Positions 13,757 through 26,907 of a stretch of 64,000 bases of DNA are shown piece after piece. The stretch comes from Basidiobolus meristosporus CBS 931.73 (taxonomy: Eukaryota > Fungi > Basidiobolomycota). Position numbers and translations under genes: made by a program. The stretch is taken from NCBI GenBank assembly GCA_002104905.1, contig MCFE01000321.1, forward strand, positions 31,519 through 95,518, read 5' to 3'. Position 1 is the stretch's first letter. The number at the start of each line of letters is the position of its first letter. The notes beneath the pieces were generated by a model that did not search any database, was not told the origin of the DNA, and saw only the letters and a list, made by a program, of their open reading frames with translations.

Positions 13757-15162
13757 ATGAAGAAGCCCGATTCCTCTGGAAAAGCTTACTTGAGGACACT
13801 CCAGACTTGGTCCTCTCTAGCGCTCCAAATCTCGCTCAGAGATTGGCTATTAATAGTTGTTCTTATTTTTGGTGGTTGCTGCAGTAATGTATTTACCCTA
13901 GAGGTTCTCGTAGGGTAAGTGAACAATACAGTTGGTTTACTTGCATTGGCTTTTTTCTCAATTTCCTATTCTTCAAAGGGGAGCCAAAAAAAGTGGAAAC
14001 CTTGTAACCTGTGCTCAGTTCTTATTCGTATCTTTGGATGGGCTAATGCAGCACATAGATATACCAAAGGGATCCTATCTTCCGCGGCTTAAAGAGCGAA
14101 AGGTTCCGGTTCATGTCTGGCTCATCATGGTCGTTCTCTTCTTCTCGCTGTCTGTGATGAATAATCTAGCGCTTGGCTACCATATCTCGGTTCCTCTTCA
14201 CATTATATTCAGATCGGCCGGGCTCATGTTCAACATGATTTTGGGCTGGCTCGTACTAAACAAAAGGTAAGTAAGGTTTGAGGGTTGCTGGCCTTACTCT
14301 GTTCTCATGGCGTTGCTTTGATACAGATACTCCGCGAAACAGATCGTGGCAGTGATCCTAATATCCATTGGTGTGACTGCCGCCACTTTAAGCTCGGCTG
14401 ACACTTCCAAGGTAAGCTTGGTCAATGGCCTATTGGTGCGCCGGATAACTCAGCTTTGTATGTACGCCACAGGGTGTATCGCACGATCAAATGAACTATA
14501 GCGACTGGATGATTGGAGTGTCTCTCTTGCTTATTGCTATTGTTCTTTCGTCTCTACTGGGTCTGTACCAGGAGGTGACATACAAAAAGTACGGAAACCA
14601 GTGGCGGGAGAGTTTGTTTTACACGGTAAGCTGAGTTGGGTGTTCGATGGTGGTTCGTGTACTGACTGCCACATCTTAGCACTTCTTCTCCCTCCCATTC
14701 TTTGCTCTGTTCTACCGAGACATCCTGGAGCAGATACAGATCTACATCGCCTCGGAGCCAATGAAGCTGAGCCAGGTCTTTGAAGGCCTTCCTCTTCACG
14801 GCATCGCGCAATTGGTGTTGGGCGACGTAGCATGTCCGAAGCTACTCCTGTTCCTTGTCTTCAACATCCTAACCCAGTAAGCATCCAGCTTAGCCTAACC
14901 TCGACAACCACGGCTAACCCTACCCTCCCTTAGGTATGTCTGCATCTCCGGTGTTCACAGACTCACTGGAATGGCCACATCCTTGACCCTGAACTTGGTG
15001 TTGACCCTTCGCAAGCTCGTCAGTCTGGTGATATCAGTGTGGTACTTTGACAACGAGCTCAGCTTCGAAGCCATGGTCGGATGCAGTATGGTGTTCTTGG
15101 GCACGGTGCTGTATTCCTTGGGCTCGAGAAGCCAACAGAAGCCCAAGCAGAAAACCACTTGA
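13757..15162 (+). CDS. YEA4: UDP-xylose/UDP-GlcNAc nucleotide-sugar transporter (SLC35B4/YEA4 family), multi-exon
   Basis: IFGGCCSNVFTLE, GNLVTCAQF, ISVPLHIIFRS, SLTLNLVLTLRK.VSLVISV.YF. GT-AG introns. C-terminal KxKxx. Confidence 0.9.
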
Positions 15163-15276
15163 ATATCCCAACATGTGATACCATTGCATAGAGTAAATAA
15201 AAGCCATCAATGTCTGGAGGAACTGGATATTTATTATTAGCTGATAGCCAATCTCCTAAGAAAGAAAAGATAGCGT

Positions 15277-15667
15277 CTAGTCGAAAAGACCGAAACCCAT
15301 ATCATCATCAGATTCTTCCTTGGCCTCCTCCTTCTCCTCGGCAGCTGGGCATCAGTGGCAGCTTCACCAGCAGCGGCACCGGCAGCAGCGGCAGGAGCAG
15401 CACCTCCAGAGCCAACATTCATCAACAAATCGCCAATGTTCTTGCCAGCCAAGGCCTTGGCGAAGAGGGAAGCCCAAACAGGCTCGACCTCAACACCGGC
15501 GGCTTTGGTGAGAGCAGTGAGCTTGTCAGCCTGCAATGTACATTAATTAGTATCCAATGCCGAGATACGCCACATCCATCAACCCAGGGTCAACTACTTA
15601 CAGTGATCTCAACACCGTCATCTTGGAGGATGAGAGCGGCATAGACAATAGCTTGTTCAGATGACAT
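15277..15667 (-). CDS. RPP1: 60S acidic ribosomal protein P1 (one intron; apparent 1-bp frameshift at ~15348)
   Basis: [22 protein letters not shown] / [27 protein letters not shown], and [13 protein letters not shown] in a shifted frame. Confidence 0.92.
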
Positions 15668-16259
15668 TTTAAAAGATAGTGAAACTCGTGATGCGCAAGT
15701 AACGATTTAACTCTTAACGAGATACAAGACGCTTCAACACGAACGGGGCTGTTAGCGAAAATGGGAAGAGAGAATCAAGCATCATGGTGCCTTTTTGTTC
15801 ATGTCCCATTAACCATCCGGCACACTTCATTGGACGAAAAATTCCTCCATCCATTGGCTTCATCAACCCACTTTTTTTCTGGCTTCTTTTTTAATAGCCG
15901 TATGTGACCGGCTCAGTTTAGTAGGGCTTTGATTTGCTGATTAAAGACTTGGTAGTTTCAATCCTGCATTTATTAATATCATCTACGCTGTATTTTTCTA
16001 TCGTGATTATTCATTTTGTTGGTTTCAAAATGTTGCTTCAATGCTCATGAAGCTAATCCAAGCCAGTTGATTGGTGCCGAAAGTAAACAATCTACACAAT
16101 TTGCACGAATCGCGAAAGTGGATAACTCTTCAATTATATAAACAACTCCAGGCGTGAAGACTTGCCTCGATAGTTCTGCGGTTCACATTCCACTTTTCGC
16201 GTCAATCGTTGTTCAATACACATATTAGTACTTTAGATATTATTACATTACATTCTTCC

Positions 16260-19119
16260 ATGCCACTATTTCGTGCTGACACCGGTCATCAAAGCCCAAA
16301 TAGAAAGGTATCGTAGAATACAGGTCACACTCTCTCTAGATTCCTTACTTACCACTATACTAGATTATTCAGCTAGAGCGCGATACCTCCACTACTCTAC
16401 AAGACAATCTCGAAATAATTTTTACTCGTTTCGATTGCGCCAAAAAGGGCACCATTATTGCCGAAAATCTGTTCCCAATACTCGAACTATTTGAACGCGA
16501 ACAAGGGATCTCACTGTTGGCTTCAGAGCCTAAGGATCTGCTAAACAAATTTTGCCAAAAAAACAGCCAGCTCGAGTTATCGGCAGAGGATTTACACCGA
16601 CTTATATCAGAGCTATCTTCTCCCAGAAACGCCTGTTCTCCTGGTAGCTCACCAAGAAGCTCTACCCCTCAGCCCCATTCGGCTTTAGCGTTCACGCATC
16701 CACTGTCACCCCTCTCATCTCGAAGAAGAACCACACCGCTTATTTCGAAAGTTCTCAGTACCAAAAAAGTCGCCATTAGCAGCTTAAGGCGTAGAAGTTT
16801 ATCCAATAGCGGATTTCCTACTAAGCTTTTCTTCGACGACGACGTGAAAAGTGCACCATCGAACCTAACGGAAGGTTCTCACCCAAAAGTTGACGATATC
16901 AACACCGATTCTATTTTCTACAACCAAAACGGGTTCGAAGGTGATTCTGTACTTAGTTTTTGTTCACCTCTCCAGGTAACCTTGTTCATGCTGGTTTTAG
17001 ATTGTTCAGAAGCTAATAGTGCCACTATTTGCATTTCGGTTTAGCTTGACATGATTGATAGTATCAAAACACCGAAATCAACGCGTCACTCTCACAACAA
17101 CAATGAGTCGTGGGGTAGACATACTATTGAAGCCAGCTCTTGGATTTCCTCTACTTCCGAGAATGAAAGTAGCTTTGAAAGATCGAACGATGTTTATGCA
17201 GATCTTGAGGTGAATTAAAGTGTTGCAAATGTCGTACATATAACAAAATCTCATTTTCAGTATTAATTATTAATAGATACAAGCAGTCAGTCCTTCACAG
17301 CATCACCAACTCCACAAGATGACTGCTAGCTTGAATAGACGACTGCTTCAAGCAGAGAAAAATCTGAATCTTACAGTTCACCAACACGAGGAACAAATTA
17401 GTGATTTACAAACCCGTATCGATGAAATGCAGAAGGAACTGATACTGAAAAGAAGAGATATCCAGGAGTTGAAGGGTCGTGAAAAAACCCATTTAGCACA
17501 AATAAGCTTGGTAAGTAATTCATCATCCTAAGCAAGCTTAGATCTCTTTTTCACCCTTGTCGCGTAGCTTGAATCCGAAGTTGTTTCTGTAACTCGGCGC
17601 TTATCCGACCATCAAAATTCATATGGTGACCTCAAGAGGCAATGCGAAGAAAAAAGAAGTAAGCTAGTATCTTACATATTTCTTTAATCACGAAAATAAT
17701 GGCTGATATATCGCTCCTTTATAGACGAGAATGAGAAGCTTCAGCAACAAATAAAAGTACAAGAGGAAGAATTATGTAATGTGGAGATGGAGCTCCAAAC
17801 ATTTGCATCAAAACAGGAAAAAGTAGTGTGCACACCAATCGATCTTTGCCGATGTAAATTCTCACATTTTCCGAAAGTTCCAGGATGAACGGGTTGCTCT
17901 TGAAAAGCATATTGCTCGACTTGAGCACGAGATCCTATTTGCCCAAACACTTGAGACAGAAGTCAACGAGCTTCAACAAGACAATCAACATCTTAGAGGT
18001 GTCATCGAAGGTTTACGTAAGGACCTTGACGAAACCAGGAAAAGTGTTCGTGGCAATTCTGTTGGAGAACATTTAGTCTACAGGAATCACCCAAGCCAGG
18101 TAGATATTTCATTGCAACTGCTATTAAAGAGGGATAGTATCCTAAGCATCGTTTTTCGATTAGAATTTGTTTTCTGAACTGGCGCTACAAGACCAAGATA
18201 TTGATGCTCAGATTGTTCCGAATTCTGATCAAAACGAAAATAACGATGCAAATGTAAGTGTTTCTGAGTTGACCTGGTGATTGGCGTATCTCTCTGATCC
18301 TTGAATGGTTTCCAGGAGCAATGCAAACATATTGAGGGCTTACTTGAGGAAAATCATTTCTTCAAATCCCAAGTAGACATTGCTACGCAAAAATGGATGG
18401 ATGGTGAGTTACAACGTAGCAGAAATCCTTTACTCTTACAGTGTTTACTTACAATACACATTCTAGCAATGAGTCAATTACAGCAAGCGAAAGCCTCGGT
18501 CAGAGAGGAGAAAGAACTGCTTTTGGCAGAAATTGAACGTCTTCGAAACTCGCAAGTGTCTGTGTCCGACAAAGATACACAATGTGATATCCTTTCGGCG
18601 ACTAGTTCATCGTCGGATGCATTTCCCCAGTGTGACTGTTCTATACTCGACCATGGTTTATCAGAAGTCGAAGTAGGAAGTGCAGAGTCAACACCTCCAC
18701 ATAAGAAGCTCTTGGATAACGAACACCAGAATGTACCAAAAGATTGTGACATTGAGTTACTCAATCCAAATGCCAGTTTGAAAACATCCATGCCCCGAGG
18801 TCGCCACTGCCACCTTTCTTCCCAGGAGAAGAATAAGAGTAAAGAAGCTACTTCTAGAGCACTAGGAAGAAGACCTTGGTTCAGTAGCATCATGTTGTAT
18901 ATCTTAATATCCATACTAGTTATCTTCTTCGCCCGAGCTCTTGCAAGAATTCCTTCCGATGCCGTAAATTTTGAGCCTAGAGGTGTCTCCATAGATTTAC
19001 ACCCTGTTACTTCAGGGTTAAAACGGTTTTATCATGCATGCACCAGAACGCCAGCGTTTGCCGCCGAATGGTTAAACCTATTTGGCGAAGACAATGAAGC
19101 CTTCCAAATTCCAACTTGA
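16260..19119 (+). CDS. EF-hand-like + coiled-coil + C-terminal TM protein, candidate KASH/Kms1-like nuclear envelope protein
   Basis: Exon 2 has IFTRFDCAKKGTIIAENL (EF-hand-like). Several coiled-coil exons follow, then a single TM (SIMLYILISILVIFFA) and a tail ending QIPT*. Confidence 0.6.
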
Positions 19120-19894
19120 GCAGTCGTATTCTTGACCTTCCCTGGTGGAGTAAAAAGGGCTTGAATAGCATGCGTACATATATATATATATCCTTTGTTT
19201 TCTTTTGTATGTTCTTGGTTTCTTATGTTATAATTGTTTATAGCAGGTAAATAAACAACAATGCTTTGATAAAGTTTGGCGGTCACAGCTACTATTCTTG
19301 ATCAAGATAATCGGGAGCTAGACCTCATTCCATGGAATACAGTATAGATAACGCAACAGCCGGATGGTCATATAATTCGTGTAACAAATTCAGCGAATGT
19401 GCAACATTTTCTCAGCATCAAACCAATTTCAACACACCTGGCGGATCCACATTGATCTGTTGACAAATGAACTCAGTCTCTCATGTTCTACCAGTACCCA
19501 CCAGTACCCACCAGTACCCTTCTAACTAAATAGCGTGATGGAGTTAGTTGGGATTCCTTCCTTTTTAAGCAGGTGGCTATCCATATTATTGATGGATTGT
19601 AGTTAACCGTACCGTTTAATGCACTGAATATGCGCTGATTCAAGCCCCAATTCGTTATTTATTTCAAAGGTTGGATAGATTATAATCGACTTGATAGGAG
19701 AGGGGGCAGTATTGCTTAGGGATAATAGTAGGCTTTCTTTCGAAAAACACCTATCTTTTATTGTGTCCTCACAACACTTTTCTCAGCCAGGGTTTGATAA
19801 TAACCCTCTCATAGAACTTTGCAAAGAATACCATCGTTGTATTCCATCCTTCAAACTACTTTATTTATTCCAACTGCTCCACTACACATCATCC

Positions 19895-22800
19895 ATGATG
19901 AGTAGACATGAGCCATATCCGGCCACCGAAGGCCCGCGAATCCCCTTATTAAAAGACTACCATTTTGGCGAATCCCTAGAGTCTCACATAACTGCTGAGC
20001 CCTTGGAACAGCCAGTGGGTAGCGGGGATTCGTTGTCTTGTCTTGACCAGAGCGGCGAGTTTGCTGCTTATGGATTCCCGCAGACCAGGGAGTCCACCTC
20101 CAGCACGGGTCGTATCATAAGTGGCAAGCATCTGGGTAGACTTTATCCTAGTCTTAGCGGGAGAGGTTAGGATGCACTATTGTTGCTTCAGTGGCGTTTG
20201 CTTACCGTTAATATCATACGTTAATGTAGAGAGTACCTTGCGGCCACCCGCTCGTGGCCAACACATCAGAAGTAATTCAGACGGGGAATTCACCAGGCTG
20301 TCTCGCACCAGCGAAACCATGAGCATCCCAAAGAAAAAGGTGGTCATTTACCCTGCACTACTATCAAGAGTCGCCGAGGTATTTCGGGAGAAGATTGTGT
20401 TGCAAAACCATGTTAAGGATTCACTAGAGTACAAAAATTGCTTTACCGGACGGGAGGCAGTTGTAAGTGGTATTCCAAGCGCAGCGTCCTTGAGACGTCT
20501 TCCCCTATGCTAAGCGGACTGACCTGGACTGCATTTTAGGATATAATTTGCTATATCATCCGGAACAGCGACCGAAATCTCGCCCTGCTCTTGGGCCGTG
20601 CGCTAGATGCACAGAAGATGTTTCACGATGTCACGTACGAGCACAGACTTAGGGATAGTTTGAACGAGTTGTATATGTTTGACGAGTTGATCTCCACTTC
20701 ATACGATGAAGCCGAGTCAGATAGGAACTCGCTGAGCCCGGAGGACACTGCATCCGAACCACCAGTCAATGGTGTATTCACACTGCTAGCCAGTTGCTAC
20801 TCCCCAACGTGCTCTCGAGACAGACTATGCTACAGTATTGCTTGCCCAAGACGGCTAGAGCAGGTATTGCTCATGAGAACAGAATTGCTCGTCATACACC
20901 CAGCTCTAACATCCAACCCAAACCATAGCAAGCAAGGTTAAATATGACGCCCAGTGCTGGTCTTAAACGAACGGAAAGCCGTTCTTCACTCCAAGATAAG
21001 CAGGTAAGAGTTCTACTCTGTGCATCTCCTTGATAGGGCCGGTTGTCAACATCATCCTGTAGGAGCAGCAGGATTTTTGGATCAACTCCGTCCCCAAAGA
21101 GATAGTGGATTCGGTCTCGAAGGAAGAGCAGAAGAGACAGGAGATTATTTTCGAGGTGATCTACACCGAGAGAGACTTTGTCCGAGACCTTGAGATCCTC
21201 AACGAGGTATGCTGTGTTGTGGTTGGTATGGTTGCTGAATGCCATCAACTCACCAGATTCTGTAGCTCTACATGGCTCCCCTGATGTATGGCAGTGTGAT
21301 AGAGGAGACTCGAAGGGAGAGCTTTGGCCGGGAGGTTTTCTTCAATGTAATGGAGGTGTATTCGGTGGGGTCCAAGTTGAGTGATGATCTCATCAAAAGG
21401 CAAAACGAGAGAGCGGTTGTGGAGCGGATCGGTGATGTCTTCCTCAAACACGTCGGGAACTTCAAACCCTTCGTCAGTTACGGTGCGCACCAGATTTACT
21501 CGAAGCATTGCCTAGAGCTGGAGTCCAAGCGTAACCACCGGCTAGCTAAGTTCTTGGAGGTAAGTTCGACCTTGTGTTGGATGGTGTACGGTTGTTGAAC
21601 TTGGGCCACTTCAGGAAAGAGAGCGTTTACCAGAGTCTCGAAAGCTGCCCATCTATAGCTTTTTGGGAAGACCAACCACAAGGCTGGGCCGGTACCCTCT
21701 GCTGCTGGAAGCCGTGATCAAACATACTCCCGATGGCCATCCTGATAAGCGCGATCTACCGATCGTTATCGAGGCCATCAAGGAGTTGTTGTCCCAGGTG
21801 AATACGGAGACCGGTCGCGCGGACAACAAGCTCCGTCTGACCAAGCTAAACGACGCCCTCTTTAGCAAGAACGGCGATATCAAGGTTGGGTCCGAGGGTT
21901 TGTTCCACCGTGCTTCTAGACAACTAATGCGCGTGTTCATTTAAGGAGTTGAGGCTGCTGGACGAAAACCGACAACTGATCAGAGATGGGCCGATCAAGA
22001 AGCGTTCAGGTGTGGAGCAAGTGGAGCTGACCATGTTCCTGTTTGACCATGCGCTCCTGCTTACCAAAAAGAAGAAGACCAAGGACTCGGACTTTTACGA
22101 ATACAAAGTCCACAAGAAGGTAAGGGCGCTTCGTTGCAGAGCCTTGTTTGCATGGACACTTGATTGAATGTGTCTTCCTAGCCAATCCCTCTAGAGCTCC
22201 TCGCTCTATCCTCCACGGACGAGGTGCTTCCTCGAGTGGTCACAAGGCGTTCCAGCGCCGTCTTGGGCCACTTGCCTGGAGCAGCCACGCCCAAGTACAT
22301 CTCGGATATCGGCAAAGGAGGATATCCGCTAACCATCACCCACCTCGGGAAAAACGGGGGTAGCCACACCCTCTATGCCGCGAGCCAAGCAGACTTGCAG
22401 ATGTGGAAAGAGAGGATCGAGCAACAGCGAGCCTTGATAGCCGAGAAGAAGATGAAGTTCGAGCTGGACGTGCTGACCGACATCACCTTCACCACCACCA
22501 ACAGAGTAACCTGCTCCGCGGTCGTCGGTAAGTGGCACACACCCTCCTCCCAGGTGCATTTCTAAACAACCCTCTGCCTCAGACTTCAGCAAGACCATCG
22601 TGATTGGGGCCGAAGACGGCATATACGCAGGGATCGAGGGGTCCCGAAAAAGTTTCAAGAAGATCATCGAGATTGAAAGAGTGTCACAGATCGCTGTGTT
22701 GGAGAGTTACAACATCCTACTTGTGTTAGCAGGTAATGTCAACTGAGGCTTGCCGGCGATGGTCGAATGGTTGCTAATCCACCATTGCCTGGTCCAGACA

Positions 22801-23824
22801 AGGTACTTGTCACCTTCCCCCTGGCGACGCTAGATTCCATGGAGTTGGTGAGCATCAAGCGTGCGCGTAAGATTAGTTCCCACGTCAGCTTCTTCAAGGT
22901 CGGCGTCTGTCTTGGAAAAACGTTGGTTTGCGTGGTGAAGTCCACCGCGCTTTCCTCCACAATCAAGACGTACGAGCCGATCCCTGTAGACACCACCAAG
23001 AAGAAGAGTTCTCTGGGGAAACTATTGATCCGAAGCAGTGGGGACGGGATGAAGGTGTATAAGGTAAACGGCTTCGCACTGTGCCCTTGGGATCGCCGTG
23101 GTCACTCACCCGTCTACGCAGGAATTTTACATCCCCACGGAGTCGTCCTCGGTCCATTTCCTGAGATCCAAGCTGTGTGTTGGGTGTACCAAGGGTTTTG
23201 AGATTGTGGATCTGGAATCGCTCAATACTCAAGGTTCGTTGCACTGTGACCGCGGTAGCCGAGTGGTACTTACGCGCATCCACCTGTAGATTTGTTAGAC
23301 CCAGCCGATGAAAACCTCAACTTCGTTCTGAAGCGCGAGAACATCAGACCTATCAGCATCTTCAGAATCCGGGACGGGGATTTCCTGCTGTGTTACGACG
23401 GTAAAGTGAATTCTGACATCGACCGAGGCCCATCTAACATCCGATATCCCCACCAGAATTCGCCTTCTACGTCAACAAAAATGGCCGAAGATCACGACCC
23501 AACTTCATCATCAACTGGGAGGGTGCCCCATCCGCCTTTGGTACGGCCGCTTGTTCCCCTCACTCACACGGCTGTGACTAACCTTTCCTCGTTGTAGCGC
23601 TGCAATACCCCTATGCCATCGCATTCGATCCGTCGTTCATCGAGATCCGACATATCGAAACCGGTGAGCTTGCGCAGGTGATTGTCGCCAAGAACCTGCG
23701 TCCACTTTGTATCGAGAGCAACACGGTTCATTGTGTGGCCGATTCGATTCTCGACTACCAGAGTGTGTCGCAGCTCAAGCTGCGAAACGAGGAATCGCCT
23801 GACGTCCCGGTGAACGGAAGATAG
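19895..23824 (+). CDS. ROM2: Rho GEF, Rom1/Rom2 type (DEP-DH-PH-CNH), multi-exon; start uncertain
   Basis: EYKNCFTGREAV (DEP), RQEIIFEVIYTERDFVRDL and PTTRLGRYPLLL (DH), FLFDHALL (PH), PTESSSVHFLRSKLCVGCTKGFEIVDL (CNH). Confidence 0.9.
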
Positions 23825-24358
23825 GCCATGCGGGTCGGGTCGCCAATGTACATCTCGGTCGAACTTAATTACCTCCCCATCTCTCTCCACCCGTTAATCT
23901 GCTTGCGTTCATTGTATTTTTCCCTGACCTCACCTCTCCGTTTATCGACACACATTGCAATGTTTCCACAGGCCTTTCATATCCTTGATAACCTAGATGC
24001 TCAACACACACACACACACAAATGATATCTCTCCCTTGTTGCATAGCACTTAGAAATCTGACTAAAACCGTATCCAAACAACTTCCATCTCGTTCCCCCC
24101 CCCCGACCGTGTGTCACGTGATATCACGAGGGTAGCGCGGTCGAGAGTTAAAAAAAATGGACGAAAGCAGTCCTCGAAGGGGATGAAAATGAGAATCATA
24201 AAAAAAAACGGACCGAACTGATCAACCACGGCACCAATATCAATCACCGTAAGACTCGTCAATCGGGTCAAGGCAACCCAACAAGTGCGTTCGCATACCA
24301 AACCAAAGCCAAGGCCGAAACCGCGCAACCCGTCACCCCCCTTCCAAACGACCACAGC

Positions 24359-25495
24359 ATGTCCAAGTTAACGTCCGCCGATTCGCTGGAAGACGACTTC
24401 TACCTGTCCGGCTCTGGCAGCGAGCCCGAGTTGGACGAGACCACGGAGCCAACCGAGGACGTCTCCGACGACGAGGAGCAAGACGTCCCGACCGAGACGA
24501 AAAAGAGAAAGGTGGAGGCGAAGGAGGAGCCGAAGAAGGCCAAAAAAGCAAAGGTACACCTCGGGAAGGACCGTCCCCCCCACCACCACCACCATCACCA
24601 CCCCGACCACTAACCCGCTTGCTTGACCAATATTAGAAACCCAAGAAGGCGTACGCGCTCGAGGTGGAGTTTGGTCACATGTCCGCCGGCGAGCAGGCGA
24701 AATACTACTTCGAGAAGCAGAGGGACTGCCGGTCGAAGCTGTCGGAACTCGAGCTGCAGGAGTTGGAGTTTGACGGTAAGCACACGTGGGAGACGGATCG
24801 GCGAGGAGGAGGTTTGGCACTCAACTGAGAGACTTCGTATTCTAGAGAGCTGTTTCGTCGACACCCGGGAATTCGAATTGGAGCACACGCTGGAGAACAT
24901 GACCAAGGTGCTGCAGAAGAGTGAGTGACCAAGTGGAAGTGGTTGAACCCGCCAACGTCGTACTTTGCTAACCCCCATCCCCTCATAGTCATCCCTAGTT
25001 ACAAGGCCAGACTGGTGAGAAAGCCCGCCAAGAAGGGGGCCCCTTCTCTGATCATCATCTGTAGCTCGGCCATCAGAGCGGTGGATCTTTGCAGGTTAGT
25101 CAGTTTTCGAACTTCGGGCAACAGTCGGGAAAGTAGACGAACCCTCCTCCTAACCCACTCCCCCCCTTCACAGAGCGGTCAAGGAGCTCACCAAGACCTG
25201 TCCGGTGGGAAAGCTCTTCGCCAAGCACAAGAAGTTGGCGGAGCAGATCTCGTTCCTGAAGGCGTTCGACTTCAACATCGCCATCGGCACGCCCAACCGT
25301 ATCATGAAGATACTGGAGGACTCGGACGCGCTCGACCTGGAGCGTCTGGAGTTGTGTCTCATCGATTGCCACCGGGACCAGAAGGAGCGCACGATCTTCG
25401 ATATCCCCGAGTGTCGTGGGGACCTCTTCACCCTCCTCGGGAACCACCTCACCCCGCGATTCAAGGCGGACCAGACGAAGCTGGTGTTCTATTGA
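24359..25495 (+). CDS. CMS1: Cms1/CMSS1 90S pre-ribosome factor
   Basis: GAPSLIIICSSAIRAVDL, KLFAKHKKLAEQ, IAIGTPNRI.K, acidic/basic N-terminus. Confidence 0.88.
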
Positions 25496-25702
25496 TAGGG
25501 TGGGGCGTGGAGTGGTGGCAACGGTGGGCGATAGAGATATGTGTACATATACCGGCGCACCCAATGCTTTTCATCAATAAAAAATGGTCGCATTTATTTC
25601 GACGAGTTGGATTGAAGGGAGAGGGGGGGAATAGATGGAGGGGGAGAGGGAGAGGGAGAGGGAGAAAGCCTCTCGAAATTAAACGTGCACGAAATCCATA
25701 GA

Positions 25703-26682
<980 letters not shown>

Positions 26683-26907
26683 CTAAGGGAGACCACCCAG
26701 CCAGATAGTAATTGATATGGAATTGGAAATTTTGGTTGCGTAATGGTATGCCGTCCTGCGGGTGTGGAGATCTAGCATGTTTACGTCGATTCCCATGACG
26801 CAATCCGGGGGTTGGTGGTTAGATTTCAACATGAATAGGGAAATTCTGCATAAATGGGAGATGGATTCAATTTATTGCTCGGTGGAATCATACAACACAT
26901 GTGGAAA

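Noticed and set aside
19488-19520. accagtaccc x3 (and cagtccacacc x3 at ~50288-50325)
   Set aside because: Ordinary short slippage repeats in non-coding or intronic DNA.
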